DNA of 64,000 nt, from assembly GCA_028692545.1 (NCBI GenBank), contig JAQUXC010000001.1, positions 92,658-156,657 on the forward strand, in the 5' to 3' direction. Below the pieces are notes generated by a model. It saw only the letters and a list, made by a program, of their open reading frames with translations, was not told the DNA's origin and made no database searches. Below are positions 41,612 through 51,648 of this stretch, in pieces. This DNA is from Patescibacteria group bacterium. GTDB taxonomy: Bacteria; Patescibacteriota; Patescibacteriia; UBA1558; S5-K13. Within the stretch, counting starts at the first letter, position 1. Each line of letters opens with the position of its first letter. The position numbers were made by a program, and so were the translations under genes.

Positions 41612-42676
41612 ATGAAAACAAAAAACATCTTAAAAAACATTTCATTTGCAGTACTAGTAATACTTATTACATTTAGTATTACAAAGGCAGGAGATCTATT
41701 TCCGAGTGGTACAAGTATATTACCAACATTCTATACACTAGGAGATATATACGACAAATTAACAGACAATACAACATCCGCAGATGAAGGAGATCATGAT
41801 CTTACATCATCAGCCACACCAGCATCTACATTTCATACACTAAAAGATATATATGAAGCAATACCAACTATTGATGCAGATAAAATGCTTACAACAGCTG
41901 ACTATATGGGTGTACAAGGAACAATAGTAAGTATAGGTGCAGTAACAATAACACCAAGTACAACAGCTCAAACAATCATAGCTGGATATCATAATGGAAG
42001 TGGAACTGTTTCTGGTGACACAGATCTAATATCATCAAATATCCTATCAGGAGTAAATATATTTGGAGTAAGTGGTTCTGCTGTATCAGGTGCTGATTTA
42101 TCAAATATGTTCAATGGTAGTCTTACTCCATATGAGGGTAGCGGAGATCATCCAGGTGGAGCAACATCAACAGGTGGAGTAGATGATTATAATAATAGTG
42201 ATAATCCACCAGCAGATAGGTATGAGGTAGAGTGGATACAGTGTACACTAGGTAATAATTATTGTGGTACAGGAGATAACTTTGCACAAGCAAAGGACAA
42301 TAATACCAACCTTATATGGGCACTTCCATGTGCAGGGGCAGGGTGTTCATCAAACAGCACTACAACACAAAATTATTATACTTGGGATGGTAGCGATGGT
42401 TGGGATGTAAGTAATAATGGAATGACAGCTCAACAATTATGTTCAAGTTTGGGATCAGGCTGGTATCTTCCTCATCAGAAACAGCTTATGCAAGCATACA
42501 TAGATGGTTCTTATGGTAATCTTGAATTTCCCGGTACCTATGACTATTACTGGTCTGCTACTACGGTATCAGATGCTCCTGGTATTGCGTGGATCGTCCT
42601 TTTGTCTAACGGGTACACGACCAACTACGTTAAGTTTGTGACCTACAGAGTCCGTTGTGTTCGTTTGGCAAACTAG
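41612..42676 (+). CDS. DGR target protein: secreted, with C-terminal CLec-fold (DUF1566-like) variable domain
   Basis: Signal peptide; W.LP...L, YWSAT, AW.V, RVRCVR; its 3' end is the VR. Confidence 0.9.
   Translation: MKTKNILKNISFAVLVILITFSITKAGDLFPSGTSILPTFYTLGDIYDKLTDNTTSADEGDHDLTSSATPASTFHTLKDIYEAIPTIDADKMLTTADYMGVQGTIVSIGAVTITPSTTAQTIIAGYHNGSGTVSGDTDLISSNILSGVNIFGVSGSAVSGADLSNMFNGSLTPYEGSGDHPGGATSTGGVDDYNNSDNPPADRYEVEWIQCTLGNNYCGTGDNFAQAKDNNTNLIWALPCAGAGCSSNSTTTQNYYTWDGSDGWDVSNNGMTAQQLCSSLGSGWYLPHQKQLMQAYIDGSYGNLEFPGTYDYYWSATTVSDAPGIAWIVLLSNGYTTNYVKFVTYRVRCVRLAN
42531..42664 (+). repeat. DGR variable repeat (VR)
   Basis: 134 bp, 115/134 identical to 43288-43421; all 19 differences are at TR adenines. 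Confidence 0.95.
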
Positions 42677-42719
42677 AATTTGATTATTTGATGATTTGGA
42701 TTATTTGATTATTTATTTA

Positions 42720-42750
42720 TTTCCCCCCACCATTTTATGGTGGGGGGAAA
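42720..42750. promoter_or_regulatory. GC-rich hairpin downstream of the VR (DGR target-recognition stem-loop candidate)
   Basis: Perfect 14-bp stem TTTCCCCCCACCAT/ATGGTGGGGGGAAA, 3-nt loop. Confidence 0.75.
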
Positions 42751-42762
42751 AATTTAAATTTT

Positions 42763-43125
42763 ATGGCTCAATATGATCATTTACAGATTTTTAGATCTTC
42801 ATACAAATTAACTCTTGAAATTTATAAAGCATCACACAATTTTCCAAGAGAATACAAGTATACATTAGGTCAAAAGTTAAAAGATTTTTCATCAGATTTT
42901 ATAAATTTAATAATTCTAGCAAATTCTCAGAAAGAAAAATCCAAGACCCTAGAAGATGCAAGATTAAAATTAGAACAATTAAAAATTCACATTAGGCTAT
43001 CATCTGATTTAAAAATTTTAGGAATAAATAGGTTTGAGTTGTTTGCTGTATCTATTGAAGAAATATCAAAACAACTTTCTGGTTGGTATGATTGGTCATC
43101 TCAGCACACAATGGAACAAAAATAA
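42763..43125 (+). CDS. avd: DGR accessory variability determinant (Avd, four-helix bundle)
   Basis: FPREYKYTLG...RLSSDL...ISKQLSGW; located between VR and TR. Confidence 0.87.
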   Translation: MAQYDHLQIFRSSYKLTLEIYKASHNFPREYKYTLGQKLKDFSSDFINLIILANSQKEKSKTLEDARLKLEQLKIHIRLSSDLKILGINRFELFAVSIEEISKQLSGWYDWSSQHTMEQK

Positions 43126-43287
43126 AAAATATAAAAAGAGCCAGAATTTTAAATACTCGCGGGTATTAAAATAGGGCTTTCATTGCGATCTCATTCGGTT
43201 GAATTTCAACCATTATTTACAAAAATTTGTACTTTCCTTTGGAAAGATAAAGTTTTGGTGTTTTTAAAGTGATGAGATATTAATTTT

Positions 43288-43421
43288 CCGGTACAAATGA
43301 CAATTACTGGTCTGCTACTACGATATCAGATGATCCTGGTAATGCGTGGAACGTCAATTTGTCAAACGGGAACACGAACAACAACGATAAGAATGAAACC
43401 AACAGAGTCCGTTGTGTTCGT
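43288..43421 (+). repeat. DGR template repeat (TR)
   Basis: Non-coding, 12 AAC/AAT codons in the VR-equivalent frame, 45 adenines. Confidence 0.95.
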
Positions 43422-43434
43422 CTGGAAATGAATA

Positions 43435-44685
43435 TTATCTTTTTTTCTTGGCTCTTTTTATATTTTTTAAAAAATCCTTTTTTATTTTAAAAGAATAAAA
43501 ATTGGTATCCTTATTTTCTATATAATTTTTTATATACAAAAATCTGTTTTCGTATAGATTTTTTCTAAGATTATATGTATTTGCATGTCTAAAATGTCCA
43601 TAATATGAATTTATTGTTGCAAGTATTTTATTTATTGTTTTTATATCTGGATATTTTTTGAAATTGTATAATTCCATTTGAGAATTTTGTTTATATCCAA
43701 ATTCTTCTAAAATTTTATTGAAATTATTTAATTTTCTTTTTAAGTTATTTACAACTCTACGCCTTGATAAAATATAATCATTTTTTATTATATAACCAAG
43801 CCAATTTATTCCATTATTTGTACTTTGTAAAATTTGTTTTTTGGGATTAAGCTCTAAGGCCAATTTGTATTTTAAAAATTGTGATATTTCATTTCTACAA
43901 TAAATAAGTTCATTTTTATCTTTAGATAAAATAACAAAATCATCAACATACCGCATATAATATTTTGCTTTTAATTTGTGTTTTACGAATTGGTCCAGTT
44001 CGTTTAGATAAACATTTGCAAAAAATTGAGATGTCAAATTGCCTATTGGAAGTCCTTGAGTATTTGGTAGATAAAAAAGTGATTTGTGTTTTGGAATTAG
44101 TTGAAATAAACCTTTATCTCCTTTTTTGTGAAAGTTTTGAAGTGGATCGCAGAATATTATTTGTTTTGTAAGCCATAAAATTTTTTCATTTTTTAAATTT
44201 TTTGAAATAATTTCAAATAGTATTTTTTTGTTTATGTTCATAAAAAATCCTTTTATATCTAAATGAATGAAAAAAGCTTCGTTCTTATAATTTCTTGTAA
44301 TTTGCCTTATAAATTTGTTTAGGTATTTTATAGATTTGTGAGCACCTTTTTCTTTTCTATTTGAATATGAATGAAATATAAATTTTTTTTCAAAAATTGG
44401 TTCAAGAAAATTATATAACAAATGATGAATTACTCTATCTCTAAAATCAGAGGCAAAAATTTCTCTAAGCATTGGCTCTTTTATTACAAAACATATAAAT
44501 CTACTTGGTGTATATTTTTGATTATTTAATTCATTTTTTAGTTTTAAAATCTCTGACTCTAAATTTATTTCAAATTTTATTGCATTTTTTGTATTTATTT
44601 TGTTTTTACGACAATCAAGATATGCTTTATAAATATTCCGAAAGGTGAATAATTGTTTCAATTCATTTTTATTATTGACTAGCAT
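43435..44685 (-). CDS. DGR reverse transcriptase
   Basis: FRDRVIHH, LDIKGFF, GLPIGNLTSQFFANVYL, RYVDDF, WLGY; no endonuclease domain. Confidence 0.95.
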   Translation of the reverse strand: MLVNNKNELKQLFTFRNIYKAYLDCRKNKINTKNAIKFEINLESEILKLKNELNNQKYTPSRFICFVIKEPMLREIFASDFRDRVIHHLLYNFLEPIFEKKFIFHSYSNRKEKGAHKSIKYLNKFIRQITRNYKNEAFFIHLDIKGFFMNINKKILFEIISKNLKNEKILWLTKQIIFCDPLQNFHKKGDKGLFQLIPKHKSLFYLPNTQGLPIGNLTSQFFANVYLNELDQFVKHKLKAKYYMRYVDDFVILSKDKNELIYCRNEISQFLKYKLALELNPKKQILQSTNNGINWLGYIIKNDYILSRRRVVNNLKRKLNNFNKILEEFGYKQNSQMELYNFKKYPDIKTINKILATINSYYGHFRHANTYNLRKNLYENRFLYIKNYIENKDTNFYSFKIKKDFLKNIKRAKKKR

Positions 44686-44731
44686 AATGATTTGTATTAC
44701 ATAATTTATATTATAAAATTACATTTGTTTA

Positions 44732-44760
44732 TTGACTAATCGTACAACTTATGATATCCT
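44732..44760 (+). promoter_or_regulatory. Candidate str operon promoter
   Basis: TTGACT-17-TATCCT with extended -10 TG. Confidence 0.5.
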
Positions 44761-44813
44761 TTTTTAATATTACGGGAAAATTTTATTTTATTAATTTTTA
44801 ATTTGTAAAAATA

Positions 44814-45233
44814 ATGCCAACAATAAATCAATTGGTCAAAAAACCAAGAAGAGATAAAACTAGAAAAGCAAAGTCTGCAGCTTTGAAAGTTACTCATAAT
44901 ACTTTGAAAAGAACAAAGCATATAGATAAAGTAGGTTCTTCTTTTAAAAGAGGTGTTTGCGTAAAAGTTACTACAACTACTCCAAAAAAACCAAATTCAG
45001 CTCTTAGAAAAATTGCAAGAGTTAGACTTTCTAATGGTCAAGAAGTAACTGCATATATTCCAGGTATGGGACATAATTTGCAAGAGCATTCAGTTGTTAT
45101 GATAAGAGGCGGAAGAGTAAAGGATTTACCAGGAGTTGCTTACCATATAGTCAGAGGTGTTTTTGACACTCAGGGTGTAGAAAATAGAAAGCAAGGTCGT
45201 TCACTTTACGGAGTAAAAAAACCAAAAAAATAA
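44814..45233 (+). CDS. rpsL: 30S ribosomal protein S12
   Basis: [28 protein letters not shown]. Confidence 0.98.
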   Translation: MPTINQLVKKPRRDKTRKAKSAALKVTHNTLKRTKHIDKVGSSFKRGVCVKVTTTTPKKPNSALRKIARVRLSNGQEVTAYIPGMGHNLQEHSVVMIRGGRVKDLPGVAYHIVRGVFDTQGVENRKQGRSLYGVKKPKK

Positions 45234-45264
45234 TATTAAAGTTATAAATAATTAAATATAGAAT

Positions 45265-45732
45265 ATGAGAGGTAAAAAAGCTCCAAAAAGAAAAATAAAA
45301 GCAGATACAAAGTTTAGTAGTATTGTCATTGCAAAATTTATAAATTATGTAATGAAAGATGGAAAAAAATCTTTGGCAAAATCTATAGTATATAAATCTT
45401 TAGATATAGTTTCAGAAAAAACTAAACAAGATGGTTTATCTGTTTTCAATCAAGCTATGAAAAACGTAGCTCCTTCTGTAGAAGTAAAAGGTAAAAGAAT
45501 TGGTGGTGCAAATTATCAAGTTCCAGTGGTGGTATCAGGAGAGAGAAGACAGGTTTTAGCATTTCGTTGGTTACTTGAAGCTACAAGAGCAAAAAAAGGA
45601 AAATCAATGGCAGAGAGATTGGCAGATGAACTTATTGCTGCTTATAGTAATGAAGGTGATGCTATGAAGAAAAAAGCAAATGTTCACAAGATGGCTGAAT
45701 CAAATAAAGCCTTTGCTCATTTTGCTAGATAA
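45265..45732 (+). CDS. rpsG: 30S ribosomal protein S7
   Basis: IGGANYQVP, HKMAESNKAFAHF. Confidence 0.98.
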   Translation: MRGKKAPKRKIKADTKFSSIVIAKFINYVMKDGKKSLAKSIVYKSLDIVSEKTKQDGLSVFNQAMKNVAPSVEVKGKRIGGANYQVPVVVSGERRQVLAFRWLLEATRAKKGKSMAERLADELIAAYSNEGDAMKKKANVHKMAESNKAFAHFAR

Positions 45733-45736
45733 AAAT

Positions 45737-45770
45737 AGCTGTCAGCTTTCAGCAATCAGCTGTCAGCTTT
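45737..45770 (+). repeat. Heptamer tandem repeat AGCWNTC x5 (last unit partial)
   Basis: AGCTGTC AGCTTTC AGCAATC AGCTGTC AGCTTT. Confidence 0.8.
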
Positions 45771-45810
45771 TTTAAAGTTAAAATTTTTTAATTTAAATTA
45801 TAAAATATAT

Positions 45811-47883
45811 ATGTCTAGAGAATATTCATTAGAAGATACAAGAAATATTGGGATTATTGCCCATATAGATGCCGGTAAAACAACAATAACCGAGCGTATT
45901 TTGTATTACACTGGTAAAAAACATAAAATTGGAGAAACTCATAATGGAGCAGCAGAGATGGATTGGATGGAGCAAGAAAAAGAGCGTGGTATTACTATTA
46001 CATCAGCTGCTACTACATGTTTTTGGAATAATAAAAGAATAAATATTATTGATACTCCTGGACACGTAGATTTTACTGCAGAAGTAGAGAGATCTTTGAG
46101 AGTTCTAGACGGTGCTGTAACTATTTTTGACGGAAAAATGGGAGTAGAACCACAATCAGAAACAGTATGGAGACAAGCTGATAAATACAAAGTTCCTAGA
46201 ATGTGTTTTGTAAATAAAATAAATGCATTGGGTGGTGATTTTGATATGAGTTTAAAATCTATAAAAGAAAGATTATCTACAAATGCATTTGCAATACAAC
46301 TACCTATCGGTACCCAAGATCAACATAAAGGTATAATTGATTTAGTAGAAATGAAGGCCTATGTTTATTCAAATGAAGAACATACAGAAACAAAAGAAGA
46401 AGAAATTCCAGCTGATCTGTTAGAAACAGCAAAAGATCTTAGATCTCAGATGCTTGAAAAAGTAGTAGAGGTAGATGAGAGATTAATGGAGAAATATTTA
46501 AATGGAGAAGAACTTACTATAGAAGAAATAAAAAAACTTATTAGAAAAGCTACTTTGGCTGTGTTATTTTTCCCTGTTTTAGTCGGGGATGGTAGGACAG
46601 CAATAATAAAAAAACTTTTAGATGCAGTTGTTGATTATTTACCATCACCTGTAGAAGTACTCGCTATCGCTGGTGTAAATAAACACACAGAAGAACATAT
46701 TGAAAGAAGAGCTGCTGATGATGAAAAATTTTCTGCATTAGCTTTTAAAGTAGCTGTAGATCCTTTTGTGGGAAAATTAATTTTTGTAAGAGTGTATTCA
46801 GGAATGTTAAAAGCAGGTTCTTATGTATATAATAGCTCTACTGACACAAAAGAAAGAATTGGTAGAATTGTTTATTTACATGCAAATTCTAGAGAAGATG
46901 TAAGTGAAATATATGCAGGAGATATTGCTGGCGTAATTGGTCTAAAAAACACAAAAACTGGTAATACATTATGTGCCGAAGGAGATGATATAGTATTAGA
47001 ATCTATCACTTTTCCAGAACCTGTTATTTCTATGGCTATTGAACCAAAAACAAAACAAGATCAAGAAAAAATGGGTATTGCACTTAGTAAATTATCTGAA
47101 GAAGATCCTACATTTACAATAAAGACAGATGAAGAAGTACAACAAGTAATTATTTCAGGAATGGGAGAGCTTCATTTAGAAGTTTTAGTAGAAAGAATGA
47201 AAAGAGAGTTTAGTGTAGAGGTAAATACTGGAAATCCTCAAGTTGCATACAAAGAGGCTATAAAACAAGAAGCAGAAGCAGAAGGTAAATTTATTAAACA
47301 ATCAGGTGGTCGTGGTCAATATGGTCATTGTTGGATTAGTATAAAGCCAAGAGAAAGAGGAGAAGGACATAAATTTAATGATAAGATAAAAGGAGGGGTT
47401 ATTCCAAAAGAATATGTTCCCGCTATTGAAAAAGGTGTAAAAGAAGCTCTTGGAGAAGGCGTTTTGGCTCATTATCCTATTATTGACATAGAAACAACCG
47501 TATTTGATGGTTCTTATCATGAAGTCGATTCATCTGAGGCAGCATTTAAAATAGCTGGAAAGATAGCTTTCAAAGAAGCATTTAAAAAAGCAAATCCTAT
47601 TATATTAGAACCAATTATGAAAGTGAATGTAATGACACCAGAAAGTTATATGGGTGATGTTATTGGAGATTTGAATTCAAAGAGAGGACAAGTAGATCAT
47701 ATGGAAGATAAGGGTAATATAAAATCTATTGATTCAAAAGTTCCTTTGTCAGAATTATTTGGTTACTCTACATCTCTAAGAGGTATGACTCAAGGTAGAG
47801 CAAGCTATTCTATGGAGTTTAGTCATTATCAAGAAGCTCCACAAAAAATAGCTCAAGAAATTATAGAAGGAACAAGAAGATAA
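45811..47883 (+). CDS. fusA: Elongation factor G
   Basis: [30 protein letters not shown]. Confidence 0.98.
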   Translation: MSREYSLEDTRNIGIIAHIDAGKTTITERILYYTGKKHKIGETHNGAAEMDWMEQEKERGITITSAATTCFWNNKRINIIDTPGHVDFTAEVERSLRVLDGAVTIFDGKMGVEPQSETVWRQADKYKVPRMCFVNKINALGGDFDMSLKSIKERLSTNAFAIQLPIGTQDQHKGIIDLVEMKAYVYSNEEHTETKEEEIPADLLETAKDLRSQMLEKVVEVDERLMEKYLNGEELTIEEIKKLIRKATLAVLFFPVLVGDGRTAIIKKLLDAVVDYLPSPVEVLAIAGVNKHTEEHIERRAADDEKFSALAFKVAVDPFVGKLIFVRVYSGMLKAGSYVYNSSTDTKERIGRIVYLHANSREDVSEIYAGDIAGVIGLKNTKTGNTLCAEGDDIVLESITFPEPVISMAIEPKTKQDQEKMGIALSKLSEEDPTFTIKTDEEVQQVIISGMGELHLEVLVERMKREFSVEVNTGNPQVAYKEAIKQEAEAEGKFIKQSGGRGQYGHCWISIKPRERGEGHKFNDKIKGGVIPKEYVPAIEKGVKEALGEGVLAHYPIIDIETTVFDGSYHEVDSSEAAFKIAGKIAFKEAFKKANPIILEPIMKVNVMTPESYMGDVIGDLNSKRGQVDHMEDKGNIKSIDSKVPLSELFGYSTSLRGMTQGRASYSMEFSHYQEAPQKIAQEIIEGTRR

Positions 47884-47943
47884 GGTATTGATTTAATTTT
47901 CTTTTCATTGTAATATTGTACATTACTAAACAGCAATAATGAT

Positions 47944-48156
47944 ATGAATATAGATAAAATTTTAGATACAATTAATGATATTGGAAATGATGTAATTATT
48001 GCAAAAGATGATAAACCGCTTGCTGTTTTGATGAGTCTTGATAGATATAGAGAATTACTAAATAAAAAAGAAGTTGAAAAAAATAAAATAAAAATAGAAA
48101 ATAATTTTGATAATTATGTATCAGATATAAAGAGACACATTATATCAGATAATTAA
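47944..48156 (+). CDS. Phd/YefM antitoxin-like small protein
   Basis: VIIAKDDKPLAVLMSLDRY resembles the Phd/YefM N-terminal fold. Confidence 0.55.
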   Translation: MNIDKILDTINDIGNDVIIAKDDKPLAVLMSLDRYRELLNKKEVEKNKIKIENNFDNYVSDIKRHIISDN

Positions 48157-48295
48157 TATAGTTATTTGCATTTTGTGAAAACTTTTGATAGAATATTATC
48201 ACTATTAATTAATTCAAAAAAATAATTAAAATATTTAAAAAATTTTAAGTTGAACCTTTATATGGTTTGCTTAAATAATAGGGAGAATTAAGTTT

Positions 48296-49483
48296 ATGGC
48301 AGAAGCCTTTGATAGATCAAAACTACATGTAAACGTTGGTACAATAGGACACGTTGATCATGGAAAAACAACACTTACAGCAGCTATTTTACAAGTTTTA
48401 GCAGCTCATGGTGGTATCGCTCAAAATAAATCAGTTGATCAGATTGATAATGCACCAGAAGAAAAAGAGAGAGGTATTACTATTGCAACAGCCCACGTAG
48501 AATATCAAACAGAAAAAAGACATTATGCTCATGTTGACTGTCCAGGTCATGCTGATTATGTAAAAAATATGATTACAGGAGCAGCGCAAATGGACGGAGC
48601 AATATTAGTTGTTTCAGCTGCTGATGGTGCTATGCCTCAAACAAGAGAGCATATTCTTTTGGCAAGACAAGTAGGTGTTCCTTATATTATAGTTTTCTTA
48701 AATAAAGTAGATCAAGTAAGTGACCCAGAACTTATTGACTTAGTAGAAGAAGAGGTTAGAGACTTATTGAAAAAATATGAATTCCCTGGAGATGAAATTC
48801 CATTTGTAAGAGGTTCAGCCCTAAAGGCTTTGGAAGATCCAAAGGGAGATGCAGGTAAACCAATACTAGAATTACTAAATAAGTTGGATGAATATATTCC
48901 TACCCCTGAAAGAGATTTAGACAAACCATTTTTAATGCCTATCGAAGATATATTTTCAATTGAAGGCAGAGGAACTGTAGTAACAGGTAGAATAGAAAGA
49001 GGTATTATAAAAACCAGCGAAGAAGTAGAAATAATAGGTATTAGACCTACTTCAAAAACAGTTGTAACTGGAATAGAAATGTTTAACAAGTCTTTGAATC
49101 AAGGTGAAGCAGGAGACAATGCTGGAATTTTGTTAAGAGGTACAAAAAAGGATGAAGTAGAAAGAGGTCAAGTACTTGCAAAACCAGGAAGTGTTACTCC
49201 TCATGCTGAATTTGAAGCTCAGACATATATTTTATCCAAAGAAGAAGGTGGAAGACACACTCCATTTTTCAAAGGATATAAACCACAATTTTATATCAGA
49301 ACTTGTGATGTTACTGGTGATATAGAATTATCAGAAGGTACTGAAATGGTTATGCCTGGAGACACAGTAAATTTCAAAGTAAAATTATTACATCCAGTTG
49401 CTCTTGAAGAAAAACAGAGATTTGCCGTTAGAGAAGGTGGCAAGACAGTAGCTTCTGGTGTTGTAGTAAAGATTATCAAATAA
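48296..49483 (+). CDS. tuf: Elongation factor Tu
   Basis: [24 protein letters not shown]. Confidence 0.98.
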   Translation: MAEAFDRSKLHVNVGTIGHVDHGKTTLTAAILQVLAAHGGIAQNKSVDQIDNAPEEKERGITIATAHVEYQTEKRHYAHVDCPGHADYVKNMITGAAQMDGAILVVSAADGAMPQTREHILLARQVGVPYIIVFLNKVDQVSDPELIDLVEEEVRDLLKKYEFPGDEIPFVRGSALKALEDPKGDAGKPILELLNKLDEYIPTPERDLDKPFLMPIEDIFSIEGRGTVVTGRIERGIIKTSEEVEIIGIRPTSKTVVTGIEMFNKSLNQGEAGDNAGILLRGTKKDEVERGQVLAKPGSVTPHAEFEAQTYILSKEEGGRHTPFFKGYKPQFYIRTCDVTGDIELSEGTEMVMPGDTVNFKVKLLHPVALEEKQRFAVREGGKTVASGVVVKIIK

Positions 49484-49502
49484 GCTATGTAGATTTTTTA
49501 TG

Positions 49503-49541
49503 ATTGCCCTGAACAACATCATTTAAGTTCAGGGCAATTTT
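49503..49541 (+). terminator. Hairpin after tuf
   Basis: 12-bp stem ATTGCCCTGAAC/GTTCAGGGCAAT plus short T run. Confidence 0.65.
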
Positions 49542-49581
49542 ATAAAAACGTATTAATTTGTTCTTTATAAATAATATAAAT

Positions 49582-49932
49582 ATGGTAAAAGCAACTAAAG
49601 AAAAAGACGAAAAAACAACAGGAGAAATTTCAAATAGAATAAGGATCAAAATAAAAGCATATGATCATATGCTTATAGATCAATCTACAAAAACTATTAT
49701 TGATGTAGCAACGAGAAATGGCGCAAAGGTAGTAGGTCCAATTCCATTACCTACAGAATTAAAAAAATATACAGTTTTAAAGTCAACATTTGTTCACAAA
49801 GATTCTAGAGATCAATATGAAATGAGAACATACAAAAGACTGATAGATATTATAGATCCAAATAGAAAGATCATTGATTCTCTCATGAGTTTAGATCTTC
49901 CAAATGGTGTTGACATTGAAATAAAGATGTGA
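49582..49932 (+). CDS. rpsJ: 30S ribosomal protein S10
   Basis: [18 protein letters not shown]; start taken at ATG 49582. Confidence 0.96.
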   Translation: MVKATKEKDEKTTGEISNRIRIKIKAYDHMLIDQSTKTIIDVATRNGAKVVGPIPLPTELKKYTVLKSTFVHKDSRDQYEMRTYKRLIDIIDPNRKIIDSLMSLDLPNGVDIEIKM

Positions 49933-50157
49933 TAATCTTGTTTAAGTTATATAATAATTTTTATTCTTTGTAAGAATTCAAGCAACCCATTATTAAAAAT
50001 GGAAGTACTTGGAAAATTATAATTAGAATAAGGAGATTTTGAAATCAATAAATTAAATTCTGCAAAATATATTAAATAGCAGAATCGCAACTTTACCCCT
50101 TGATAATATTAATTTATTAAAGTGTGAGGTTACGATTTTTTATATACAAAAAATTAT

Positions 50158-51003
50158 ATGAATTTCATATTAGGAAAAAAGATAAAAATGACGCAAATCT
50201 TTACCCCAGAAGGTAAAGTTATTCCTGTTACAGAGATTTCTGTAGAACCAAATACAATCTTAAGAGTTAAGTCACTTGAAAAAGATGGATACTCTGCAAT
50301 TGTTTTAGCAGCTGGAAATAAGAAAAAAGTAAAAAAATCAATACTAGGATTATTTAAAAATTTTGGTAAATTTAGATATGTAAAAGAATTTAGAATAGAT
50401 GATCCAAAAGATTTGAAACCTGGAGATATAATAGGACTTACAAGTTTTGAGGAAGGTCAAAAGGTAAAAGCAATAGCAATTTCAAAAGGTAAAGGATTTC
50501 AGGGACCTGTAAAAAGACATGGTTTTCATGGAACAGATGAACAGCATGGTAACAAAGACCAATCAAGAATGCCTGGAAGTATTGGAGCAACAGGACCCGC
50601 TCATGTTTTCAAAGGTACGAGAATGGCTGGAAGAATGGGTGGAGATAGAGTTACAATAGCTGGTTTAGAAATTATGAAAATAGATTTAGAAAATAATATT
50701 TTATATTTAAAAGGTGCAATAGCTGGCGGAAGTAATGCTTTAGTGCATATAGTTGGAACTGGTGATATAAAATTATATGAAAAACCAATTATAAAAGAAG
50801 AAATTGTTGAAGAAACTATATTGACACAAGAAGAAGTTGTTTCAGAAAATACAGATATAATTTCAGATGAAAATATTGAAAAAGAAAAACAGCCAGAAAT
50901 TTCTTCAGAAGAAGTGGCTACCGTTATTACAGAAGAAGAAAAAGTAATAGTTGAACCAGACCTTAAAGTAGAAGAACAAGATAATAGCAATGAAAATAAA
51001 TAA
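50158..51003 (+). CDS. rplC: 50S ribosomal protein L3 with acidic C-terminal extension
   Basis: SKGKGFQG, PGSIG, MAGRMG. Confidence 0.97.
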   Translation: MNFILGKKIKMTQIFTPEGKVIPVTEISVEPNTILRVKSLEKDGYSAIVLAAGNKKKVKKSILGLFKNFGKFRYVKEFRIDDPKDLKPGDIIGLTSFEEGQKVKAIAISKGKGFQGPVKRHGFHGTDEQHGNKDQSRMPGSIGATGPAHVFKGTRMAGRMGGDRVTIAGLEIMKIDLENNILYLKGAIAGGSNALVHIVGTGDIKLYEKPIIKEEIVEETILTQEEVVSENTDIISDENIEKEKQPEISSEEVATVITEEEKVIVEPDLKVEEQDNSNENK

Positions 51004-51005
51004 AT

Positions 51006-51647
51006 ATGATTAAAGAGAAAATTTACAATTGGGAAGCTAAGGATATTGGTGAAATAGAATTAAATTCTAACATTTTTGATGTAAAGATAAATCCAGTATT
51101 GGTACAACAAGTTGTAGAAGCTCATATGGCTAATAGAAGAGTTGCAATAGCTCATACAAAAATAATGGCTGAAGTCAGAGGTGGGGGTAAAAAACCTTGG
51201 AAACAAAAAGGTACAGGGCGTGCAAGACATGGATCTTCAAGATCTCCATTATGGATAGGGGGAGGAGTTACATTTGGTCCTAGAAAAGATAGAAATTTTG
51301 AAAAGAAAATAAATAAAAAGATGAAACAAAAAGCTTTGTTCATGATTCTTACAGATAAATTACGAAACGAAAAATTTAAAATTGTAGAAGATATTGTAAT
51401 GGATACCAAGAAGACAAAGGACTTAGTTTTAAAAGTTAAAAATTTTAATTTATCAGATAAAAAAGTATTAATAACACTTAAAGAAACTAACGAAAATATA
51501 AAAGATTCTGCAAAAAATTTAAAAAATATAAAAGTAATGCCAGCTGATAGTTTGAATGTATATACATTATTAAATTATGAATATTTATTTTTAACTAAAT
51601 CAGCAGTAGAAAAAATAAATAAACATTTTGTAAAGATAAATAATTAA
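51006..51647 (+). CDS. rplD: 50S ribosomal protein L4
   Basis: KPWKQKGTGRAR, GGGVTFGP. Confidence 0.97.
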   Translation: MIKEKIYNWEAKDIGEIELNSNIFDVKINPVLVQQVVEAHMANRRVAIAHTKIMAEVRGGGKKPWKQKGTGRARHGSSRSPLWIGGGVTFGPRKDRNFEKKINKKMKQKALFMILTDKLRNEKFKIVEDIVMDTKKTKDLVLKVKNFNLSDKKVLITLKETNENIKDSAKNLKNIKVMPADSLNVYTLLNYEYLFLTKSAVEKINKHFVKINN

Positions 51648-51648
51648 T

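Larger units (their letters stand above)
41612..44685. mobile_element. Diversity-generating retroelement cassette (target-VR, hairpin, avd, TR, convergent RT)
   Basis: All canonical components lie within 3.1 kb. Confidence 0.93.

Noticed and set aside
43435-44685. RT as group II intron, retron or CRISPR-associated RT
   Set aside because: GNLTSQ motif, adjacent Avd and an adenine-specific VR/TR pair identify a DGR; no intron domain V, endonuclease or Cas1 seen
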